In this document: piece after piece, positions 18,276 through 25,067 of the stretch
Layout: each line of letters starts with the position of its first letter
Numbering within the stretch: position 1 is the first letter of the stretch
IMG/VR virus record: IMGVR_UViG_3300044638_002968
Location: 1 to 51,367 of that record
From: a virus
Taxonomy: Duplodnaviria > Caudoviricetes
Length of the DNA: 51,367 nt
Strand: one strand, 5' to 3'
Position numbers and translations under genes: made by a program
The notes under the pieces: generated by a model
Databases searched by the model: none
Told to the model about the DNA's origin: nothing
The model's input: the letters and a program-made list of their open reading frames with translations, nothing else

Positions 18276-18856
18276 GTATCTAGGCACGACCGGACAAGGA
18301 TCGGCACGGAGAGGCGAGGCGGGGATTGGCTGGGGCTGTTAACAGCGGGATGGCTTTTGAGAAGAAGTCATTTCGGTGGCAACACCATTTGGACTGGTCT
18401 GCCACGGTGCGGCGGGGCGGGGTCGGGCATGGAAATTCTGGGTAAAACAAGGGCTGTTTACAGCGTTGTGAGCTTTTACTAAGAGCTCACCTCGGTGGCA
18501 ACACCAATCGGACGGGTCGGGCAAGAAACGGCTAGGTTAGGAGTGGTGAGACCGGGTCTGGAATGGACCGGCAGGGGCTGTTAACAGTGGAAAGCATTTT
18601 CATAGAGTGCTTTTCGGTGGCAACACCAAACTGGCGTGGTTGTGGCTCGGAGCAGCGCGGTCAGGCTCGGTCGGCAAAGGCATGGCGAGGGCTGTTAACA
18701 GCGTTATGAATCTTTACAGAGGATTCATCTCGGTGGCAACACCAAGCGGCGCGTCGCGGAATGGCAAGGACGGGCTGGGCGCGGATGGGACGGGCTAGGG
18801 CTGATGTAGCGTTATGACACTTCAACGAGGTGTCATTTCGATGCAAAGCGTGCATC
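18276..18856 (+). ncRNA. Array of five putative guide RNAs: (NN-GGH)n tract plus three-hairpin module (VIPR-like, not a canonical CRISPR)
   Basis: Conserved modules start at 18333, 18451, 18575, 18689 and 18798 (GGGCTGTTAACAGC...CGGTGGCAACACCA; fifth diverged). In the intervening tracts 51 of 61 in-phase triplets begin with GG. Confidence 0.85.
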
Positions 18857-18876
18857 AATCAACCAAGGAAAACATC

Positions 18877-19446
18877 ATGAAAACAATCGCAGTTCAATTG
18901 ACAGGTAAGGCCCCTTTGCTCATGCACTCGGACCGTTTCGCAAACCCGCTTGACCCACTGGCAAAAGCTCACAAAGAGCTGACCAGCAAGCGCAAGAAAA
19001 CAGACGACGATCACGTTGCCATCGCACGCAGTGAGTTCATTGGTGGCTGCTACTGGCGCAAAGACGTTGGCTTCTTTTTGCCGGCACAAAACCTTGATGC
19101 CTGCCTGATCGCCGCAGCCAAGCTGCAGAAGCTCGGCGTGAAATTTAAGCAGGGCGTACAGGTCTTGGAGGATGATCTTGTGTTTGCCGGTTACGAGAAG
19201 AAAACACCCGAGCAACTGTGGAGTGACCCCGAGTACATTGACTGCCGAGGCGTCAAGGTCGGCATGGCAAAGATCATGCGCTACCGCCCTATCTTGCGCA
19301 AGTGGTCACTGAACGCAACCATCGTTGTCAACGAGGAAGTGGTCAACGTCAACGAGGTAAAGAAGGCCGTACAAGATGCCGGCGCCCTGATTGGTCTGGG
19401 TGATTATCGGCCACGCTTTGGACGCTTCAACGTGGAGTTCATCTGA
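18877..19446 (+). CDS. Stand-alone RAMP/Cas7-like RNA-binding protein (Vipr-like)
   Basis: AAGGAAA RBS; N-terminal VQLTGKAPLLMH strand, LPAQNLDACL helix, YRPIL.KW, and a C-terminal Gly-rich loop AGALIGLGDYRPRFGRFNV as in RAMP folds; directly follows the array. Confidence 0.75.
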   Translation: MKTIAVQLTGKAPLLMHSDRFANPLDPLAKAHKELTSKRKKTDDDHVAIARSEFIGGCYWRKDVGFFLPAQNLDACLIAAAKLQKLGVKFKQGVQVLEDDLVFAGYEKKTPEQLWSDPEYIDCRGVKVGMAKIMRYRPILRKWSLNATIVVNEEVVNVNEVKKAVQDAGALIGLGDYRPRFGRFNVEFI

Positions 19447-19925
19447 TGCAGGAGACAACACTGTTCCCGGCTTGGAAACAGGCCGTCAAGATTCTGATTG
19501 ATGAAGGCATAACCTACGGTAGCACCATCAGCAGAAAACGCATCGCCGAGCTTTGTAACGTCAAGCCGCCTGAAAGCATTGAGGATGTTCGTAGGCATGA
19601 TCTCGAGCTCTTGCAATGCACATCAGAGATCAAGGACGTTCTACTGACGGCGCACTGCATGCTCTTGGTGTCCGACAACAAAGGCTCGTATGTGGTCATT
19701 GAGCCGGAGTCTCAAACCCAGTACGCAGTGGACACTGGCATCAAGGCGATTAGCCGAGAGATGAAGCGGATGGCAATGTCTGTCAGCTTCACCAAGTCTG
19801 AAATGCTCACCGATTCTGGCAGGGCAAAGAACGCAGACGCACAAGCAAAGATTTCAATGCTGGCAGGAATGATGAAGCTGAAAAACAGTGAGCTTCAAAA
19901 CGCAATAGGAGGCAAAAATGACTGA
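19446..19925 (+). CDS. Hypothetical protein translationally coupled to the RAMP-like gene (possible winged helix)
   Basis: TGATG stop/start overlap; 159 aa. Confidence 0.7.
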   Translation: MQETTLFPAWKQAVKILIDEGITYGSTISRKRIAELCNVKPPESIEDVRRHDLELLQCTSEIKDVLLTAHCMLLVSDNKGSYVVIEPESQTQYAVDTGIKAISREMKRMAMSVSFTKSEMLTDSGRAKNADAQAKISMLAGMMKLKNSELQNAIGGKND

Positions 19926-20166
19926 AGACGAGCGCCACGAATCAATCGACATTCTCTTCGATGCAGTTCGTATTTCCAACAAGTTCGGACCACTGATCCT
20001 TGACGATGCAAACAACATCGGCGGCACAGCAGCCACCGCAGCAGCCGTGATGTTGACCCAGTACAGCACGGCAATGGGCATGAACCTGCACGACACAATG
20101 AGCTTGTTTATGGCCGTGTACAAGCAGACCATTGTTATGGAGCGCGAAGATGAAGCTGACCAATAA
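19918..20166 (+). CDS. Hypothetical protein
   Basis: AGGAGG RBS. Confidence 0.65.
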   Translation: MTEDERHESIDILFDAVRISNKFGPLILDDANNIGGTAATAAAVMLTQYSTAMGMNLHDTMSLFMAVYKQTIVMEREDEADQ

Positions 20167-21058
20167 CTTCGGCATGCCTGAGACGATCCTCAACGTGATC
20201 GCACGGCCACAGTACAGCAAGGGCAAAGCCAACATGTCTGTGACGGAGCTGCTCAACAGTCCACGGATTGTCCAGCTCAAGCGCAAGCATTGGAATGACC
20301 TGACAGAGGACGCAGCCGACATGGTGTGGTCCATCTTCGGCACGGCCATCCACAACATCTTGGAGCACGGCAAGGGCGATACCCACATCGTTGAAGAGCG
20401 TATTCACATTGAACTGGACGGCATGCACATCAGCGGCGCTATTGACCTGCAAGAGGTGGAGCCAGACGGCATCATCGTGTCGGACTACAAGACCGTCGGC
20501 GCGTGGTCGGTGCTTAACGAGAAGCAGGACTGGCACAACCAACTCAACAGCTACGCCTACCTTGTTGAAGCGGCCAAGAAGCTGCCCGTGATCAAGTTGC
20601 AGATCGTAGCCATCGTGCGCGACTGGAGCCGCAGGGACGCAGCAACACGCGAGGGCTACCCCAAAGCACCCATCGTGGTGATTGACATCCCTCTGTGGTC
20701 GTTTGAAGAACGCTTGGCCTATGTCCGCTCGCGCATCTCTTTGCATGGCGACGCGCTCTTCGAGATGGAGACTGACGGCGAGATGCCTGAATGCACACCC
20801 GAAGAGTGTTGGGAAAAGCCAACAATGTACGCCCTAAAGAAGGATGGCAACGTCCGGGCCAAGAGCGTCCACGAAACAAGCGAAGCAGCAGACACGGCTC
20901 TGGCTGCCGCAACAGAAAAAGCCAAGAAGGGCGAGAAGTTCCTGATCGAAGTTCGTGAGGGGGACCGCACTCGCTGTTCTAGCTTTTGCCAAGTGGCTGG
21001 CATGTGCAGCCAATATCAAAAGTATCTTTCTACCAAGCCAACTCAAGGAGAAATCTAA
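20150..21058 (+). CDS. PD-(D/E)XK (RecB/Cas4-like) exonuclease
   Basis: SVTELL, GTAIHNILE, ISGAIDL...SDYKT, QLNSYAYL, C-terminal RCSSFC...C. Confidence 0.8.
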   Translation: MKLTNNFGMPETILNVIARPQYSKGKANMSVTELLNSPRIVQLKRKHWNDLTEDAADMVWSIFGTAIHNILEHGKGDTHIVEERIHIELDGMHISGAIDLQEVEPDGIIVSDYKTVGAWSVLNEKQDWHNQLNSYAYLVEAAKKLPVIKLQIVAIVRDWSRRDAATREGYPKAPIVVIDIPLWSFEERLAYVRSRISLHGDALFEMETDGEMPECTPEECWEKPTMYALKKDGNVRAKSVHETSEAADTALAAATEKAKKGEKFLIEVREGDRTRCSSFCQVAGMCSQYQKYLSTKPTQGEI

Positions 21059-21261
21059 TGGCAACTCGCATCTATATCGTTACCGGCCCCACAGGCACGC
21101 GCCTCATCAAAGCTGCAGCCCCATCGCAAGCTATCACCCATGTAGCCAAATCCGCATTCGACGCAAGAGTCGCATCGCAAGATGATCTGGTCCAAGCATT
21201 GAGCAACGGCGTCAAGGTGGAAACCTACGGCGATACAACTCAGTCTGAACTCGACATATAA
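21058..21261 (+). CDS. Hypothetical protein
   Basis: AAGGAG RBS; RIYIV...RLIKAAAPSQAITHVA...VASQDDLV. Confidence 0.7.
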   Translation: MATRIYIVTGPTGTRLIKAAAPSQAITHVAKSAFDARVASQDDLVQALSNGVKVETYGDTTQSELDI

Positions 21262-21273
21262 CGGGAGCACCCT

Positions 21274-21423
21274 ATGGGCTGGATCATTGGCTTAACCTGC
21301 CTCGCGGCTTGGTTCAATCACATCTTCACTTGCTTCAGTGAGGGCCTATGGGGGTTTCTCATTGCTGGAGCTCTCATGTTCCCAATCGGCATCATCCACG
21401 GCGTATGGCTGTGGTTCAACTAA
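21274..21423 (+). CDS. Small membrane protein (49 aa)
   Basis: GGGAG RBS; hydrophobic MGWIIGLTCLAAWFNHI...WGFLIAGALMFPIGIIHGVWLWFN. Confidence 0.65.
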   Translation: MGWIIGLTCLAAWFNHIFTCFSEGLWGFLIAGALMFPIGIIHGVWLWFN

Positions 21424-21432
21424 GGACTCATC

Positions 21433-21582
21433 ATGAAAAAAGTAATCATCGCAATCGCACTGGCCGCAGCAGCAACAGCAACTTGGGCTGCTTGCACCAC
21501 ACACACAATCATGTCCAACGGAAGGATCGTCACATGCACGACCTGCTGTTATGGATCGAACTGCACTACCAACTGTTTTTAA
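21433..21582 (+). CDS. Secreted Cys-rich peptide (49 aa)
   Basis: Signal peptide MKKVIIAIALAAAATATWA followed by ACTTHTIMSNGRIVTCTTCCYGSNCTTNCF (6 Cys). Confidence 0.7.
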   Translation: MKKVIIAIALAAAATATWAACTTHTIMSNGRIVTCTTCCYGSNCTTNCF

Positions 21583-21591
21583 GGACTCATC

Positions 21592-21816
21592 ATGTTTATT
21601 TCAAAGGCAGAAAAAGAGGAAATCCAAATCAAAATCCGAGGACTTGAGGCGCGGATCAGGGATTTGGAGATCGAAGCCAATCGGACAAAAAACAAAGTAT
21701 CAAACAAGCGTGCCGTTATCTTCAGAACAGACGACGCACCTTGGGGCTTCAAGAAAGACGGCAACCCACGCAAGCGCCCCGGTCGCCCACTGCAAGCCAT
21801 GGAGATATCAGCATGA
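21592..21816 (+). CDS. Hypothetical basic protein (AT-hook-like KRPGRP)
   Basis: APWGFKKDGNPRKRPGRP. Confidence 0.6.
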   Translation: MFISKAEKEEIQIKIRGLEARIRDLEIEANRTKNKVSNKRAVIFRTDDAPWGFKKDGNPRKRPGRPLQAMEISA

Positions 21817-22010
21817 AGGTCAAAGACTTCTTCCAGACATTTGACGTTGACCCAATCAGCGCCAGTCCTTTTCACGGACCAATCACGCCAGAGTTGATTG
21901 AATTCATTCAGACGCGCAACGAAGAAAAGCGCAAGGCATCCATTGAGTTCCTTGGTAACAAGTGGCTCCTTCATCCGGACAACAGAGAGCAAAGAAAGGT
22001 ATTCCAATGA
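21813..22010 (+). CDS. Hypothetical protein
   Basis: ATGA overlaps; LGNKWLLHPDN. Confidence 0.6.
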   Translation: MKVKDFFQTFDVDPISASPFHGPITPELIEFIQTRNEEKRKASIEFLGNKWLLHPDNREQRKVFQ

Positions 22011-22690
22011 AAGAAATCGCATCAGCATTGGTCAAAGCTCAGAAAGAGTTTGGCCCAGCACTCAAGACCAACACCAACCCGGCATTTCGCAGCAAATATG
22101 CGGACCTGTCTGCCTGCGTTGAGGCGGTCATTGACGCGCTAAATAACAACGACATCTTCATGATGCAGCCAACTCACGAATGCGACAACGGCGTGATTGT
22201 GGAGACTGTCTTTATCCACTCCTCTGGTGAGCAGATCAGCAGCGGCAAACTGCACGTCCCGGCCACCAAGCATGATGCACAGGGCTACGGCAGCGCACTG
22301 ACTTACGCACGCCGGTACAGCTTGATGACGGCCTGCGGCATCGCCCCCGAGGATGATGACGGTAACAGCGCAGTCAAGCCCAAGGCAGCGCCAGCAAAGC
22401 CAGCCGCTACGCCACCAGCCAAGGCACCCATCAAGGTCGAAGGCAAGGACACCGAGTGGCAACTGAAGGTTGTAGCCAAGCCAGACGGCGATCACGGCGA
22501 GTGGTCACAGTTGATCATTGATGCAACCATGCTGCAACTTGAGCAGGCCAAGACAGAAGAGCAGGTCATGAGCATCTTCAAGACCAACCGCAACATCTAT
22601 GACGAAGTGAAGAGTGGCTCACCCACTGCCTACGACGTACTGATGTCGGAATTCAAAACAGCACGCGCTAAACACAAGGAGGCAGCATGA
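22007..22690 (+). CDS. erf: ERF-family ssDNA-annealing recombinase
   Basis: NPAFRSKYADL...HSSGE...AQGYGSALTYARRYSL...GIAPEDDDGN. Confidence 0.92.
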   Translation: MKEIASALVKAQKEFGPALKTNTNPAFRSKYADLSACVEAVIDALNNNDIFMMQPTHECDNGVIVETVFIHSSGEQISSGKLHVPATKHDAQGYGSALTYARRYSLMTACGIAPEDDDGNSAVKPKAAPAKPAATPPAKAPIKVEGKDTEWQLKVVAKPDGDHGEWSQLIIDATMLQLEQAKTEEQVMSIFKTNRNIYDEVKSGSPTAYDVLMSEFKTARAKHKEAA

Positions 22691-23073
22691 ACTCGATCAC
22701 CATAGCCGGGACGCTCGGCAAAGACGCAGAAGTTAAATACTTAGCCAACGGAGATGCAATCTGCAACTTCTCTGTTGCTGACTCTCAAGGTCGCGAGAAG
22801 CCAACCATGTGGTGGAACTGCGGCCTGTACGGTAAGCGTGCAGAGTCCCTATCTCAGTACCTCGTCAAAGGCCAAGCCGTCACGGTGACTGGCTCTGTGT
22901 CTGAACGCGAATGGACCAGCAAAGATGGAGAAAAGCGCAAGTCCATGGATGTGCGCGTGAACGATGTTGCGCTGCAAGGTGGACGCAAGGATGCAGAGCC
23001 GCAGGAAGAACGCCGCCAAGCACCAAAGCCAGCACCGGTACTCTTTGAAGACGACAGCGATCTGCCCTTCTGA
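22687..23073 (+). CDS. ssb: Single-stranded DNA-binding protein
   Basis: OB-fold MNSITIAGTLGKDAE...YLVKGQAVTVTG; acidic DDSDLPF tail. Confidence 0.95.
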   Translation: MNSITIAGTLGKDAEVKYLANGDAICNFSVADSQGREKPTMWWNCGLYGKRAESLSQYLVKGQAVTVTGSVSEREWTSKDGEKRKSMDVRVNDVALQGGRKDAEPQEERRQAPKPAPVLFEDDSDLPF

Positions 23074-23075
23074 TC

Positions 23076-23501
23076 ATGGCCGTTAAGACGCTCCAATTTG
23101 AAGCCGTCAAGATCGCTATGAAGCAGGACAAGACCGGGATAATCCTGACCTTAAACATTCACCCTGACGATTTGCCCATCGACTTGATGCGCGACTTCGT
23201 TGGGGCAAGGTATCAGGTGGTCATGGTGAGATTGAACGACGAGAACAAACCAATGAGCAGGGACGTGGAATATCACCGTGACCCCGTTCGTACCGCAGGC
23301 ATCCTGTGCCGCGATAAACAGTTTGCGCAGTACCTTCACGACAAAGAGGAAATCTTTGAAATGAAAGAGGCTGACGTGATCGAATGGCTCAAAGGCGAAC
23401 TGGACATTGAGTCCCGCACTGAGCTCAAAGAAGATCAACAAAAGGCCAAGAGATTCTGGGCCATCAACGAGGAATTCCAATCATGGAAGCAAAGCGCTTG
23501 A
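23076..23501 (+). CDS. Hypothetical protein
   Basis: AGILCRDKQF...IESRTEL motif common in phage proteins. Confidence 0.7.
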   Translation: MAVKTLQFEAVKIAMKQDKTGIILTLNIHPDDLPIDLMRDFVGARYQVVMVRLNDENKPMSRDVEYHRDPVRTAGILCRDKQFAQYLHDKEEIFEMKEADVIEWLKGELDIESRTELKEDQQKAKRFWAINEEFQSWKQSA

Positions 23502-23806
23502 TCCCGTACTCTGTACACCTGCCAGAGGATGTGTACAACAAGCTCAAGGAGGCCGCAGGAAACCGCAAGGCATCAGCCCTTGTGCGTGACGCCATTACCT
23601 TGATTGTCGAGGGCGACGACGAGTTCAATGGCGGCTACAACAAAGGCGTGCGTGACTGCATCAGGTTGATTCAGCAGAACGAACTTTGCAAAGCCATCGG
23701 CTACTACGAGGACACTCTGGCAAAGATTTTGTCAGACCAAATTGAAGAGCTGATCGTCAACCAGAACGTGAAGGGGCGCGGCAATGGCAAGAAAACCAAA
23801 AGCTGA
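23483..23806 (+). CDS. Ribbon-helix-helix-like DNA-binding protein
   Basis: YSVHLPEDVYNKLKEAA...SALVRDAI. Confidence 0.6.
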   Translation: MEAKRLIPYSVHLPEDVYNKLKEAAGNRKASALVRDAITLIVEGDDEFNGGYNKGVRDCIRLIQQNELCKAIGYYEDTLAKILSDQIEELIVNQNVKGRGNGKKTKS

Positions 23807-24011
23807 GGGCTTGGCAGCCATCGTGGCAAAGCAAGACCCCGTGTCTATCCAAGACCTGACCATGCAGGACTTCTTTGCAGCGTTCGCGTTGCAGGGCTTG
23901 CTGGCCTACTACGGCGACCGCTCTGTTGTTGAGAGCGATGACGGTATCACCAGCATCCATTCGGCGGCCATGGACCACGCAGACGAGATGCTTAACAGGA
24001 GAGCGACATGA
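23784..24011 (+). CDS. Hypothetical protein
   Basis: LTMQDFFAAFALQGLLA...ADEMLNRR family motif. Confidence 0.65.
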   Translation: MARKPKAEGLAAIVAKQDPVSIQDLTMQDFFAAFALQGLLAYYGDRSVVESDDGITSIHSAAMDHADEMLNRRAT

Positions 24012-24358
24012 GCAAGAACCACAAAGTCCTAGTCGGGGTTTTCACAACCTTGACCGACTACGTTGAGCGTACAACACATTGGCGTGAAGGCGGTGCCGAC
24101 CGTCACGCTGCCAAGCTGGCGCTGAAAGATGTTGGCAAAGTGCTGGACGACATTGAGTGGACCGAGAAGGGGCTGGTTGAGTGGCGCGGGATGGCACTGT
24201 CTCACGCAAAACAAGCCGAGGCCACTAGGGCAACGGCACGCATAGCTATTGCGCACTTGCAGGCCGTGCTGAACAAACCGCGAACACACACCGATCAACA
24301 GGCCGCAGACACTGCCGCTCGGGATTGGCTGATAAGCATTGGGAGTGAACCAACATGA
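24008..24358 (+). CDS. Hypothetical protein
   Basis: ACAGGAG RBS; ATGA overlap. Confidence 0.6.
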   Translation: MSKNHKVLVGVFTTLTDYVERTTHWREGGADRHAAKLALKDVGKVLDDIEWTEKGLVEWRGMALSHAKQAEATRATARIAIAHLQAVLNKPRTHTDQQAADTAARDWLISIGSEPT

Positions 24359-24702
24359 TCGAACTAGATGACTGGGCTGCACATATGATGCGTGCAGAGA
24401 TTCAACTCAAAGCCATTGAGCACGGTCTACTCCACAAGGACTACACCGACATCCAAGCTCGAGCCAAATCAGCAAAACACTCCATCGACAAGATGCTTGC
24501 ATGGGTGGCCCGCCAAGGCTCAAGCAAGGGCGTAGACATTGTAGAAATCCTTCAGAGCAACGTGGTAGCCCTGCCTGACACAAGCCATACCAAGAGCCTT
24601 CTGATTGCCTCCATTCAGGAGATCGAGCAACTAAGGGGCGAGCGACAGTTCTGGCTCAAGTCTGGCTTCCATATTGGCAAGTCAGATGCAGTCAAAAAAT
24701 AA
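24355..24702 (+). CDS. Hypothetical protein
   Basis: GGGAG RBS; ATGA overlap. Confidence 0.6.
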   Translation: MIELDDWAAHMMRAEIQLKAIEHGLLHKDYTDIQARAKSAKHSIDKMLAWVARQGSSKGVDIVEILQSNVVALPDTSHTKSLLIASIQEIEQLRGERQFWLKSGFHIGKSDAVKK

Positions 24703-24961
24703 GAAAGCCCCCACCGTTTTAGAGCGGGAGCACATCACACGGATCAAGGAAATGGACTGCGTGGTGTGTGGGGCATCAGGGCCAAGCGAGTGCCATGAGA
24801 TCGAGCAGGGCCAGTGGTTCACTTCCATGCCCCTCTGCCCGGACTGCCACCGGGGTAGCCAAAACGGAATCCATGGGCAAAAGAGAATGTGGGCCGTTTA
24901 CAAGCTAGACGAGTTATCCGCCTTGAATAAAACTTACGAAACCATCTTCAAAAACCTGTAA
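24686..24961 (+). CDS. Ref/DUF968-like HNH-type Zn protein
   Basis: CVVC...ECHEI...PLCPDCHRG...GIHG. Confidence 0.65.
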   Translation: MQSKNKKAPTVLEREHITRIKEMDCVVCGASGPSECHEIEQGQWFTSMPLCPDCHRGSQNGIHGQKRMWAVYKLDELSALNKTYETIFKNL

Positions 24962-25067
24962 CTAAAATACAGCACACCCTGATTTCAGTCAAAAATGAAT
25001 ACTAAAACAACGAAGCAACCAACTCGTGGAGGTTGCCGCGTATTTTCAGTAAGTCGCATTTTGTAAC

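Noticed and set aside
18333-18744. Canonical CRISPR array
   Set aside because: The repeats are bipartite with a variable internal hairpin, the 'spacers' are 55-70 nt with strict 5-nt GG periodicity, and no cas1/cas2/cas6/cas3 is present
18281-18800. G-quadruplex or simple microsatellite as the sole explanation of the GG tracts
   Set aside because: The fixed period with diverse NN, avoidance of internal GGG triplets and codon-phased decoding argue for encoded information; G4 formation in vitro is not excluded
18339-18876. ORFs across the array (18339-18524, 18607-18798, 18661-18858) and the 18814 start for the RAMP gene
   Set aside because: A 5-nt period and covarying stems are incompatible with coding; the RBS supports ATG 18877
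19099-19120. Self-target of unit 5 in the RAMP gene (CLIAAA)
   Set aside because: Only about four consecutive dinucleotides match, which is chance level
20150-21058. Cas4 adaptation nuclease belonging to the array
   Set aside because: Better explained as the exonuclease of the nuclease-ERF-SSB recombination module; a role in guide evolution cannot be shown from sequence
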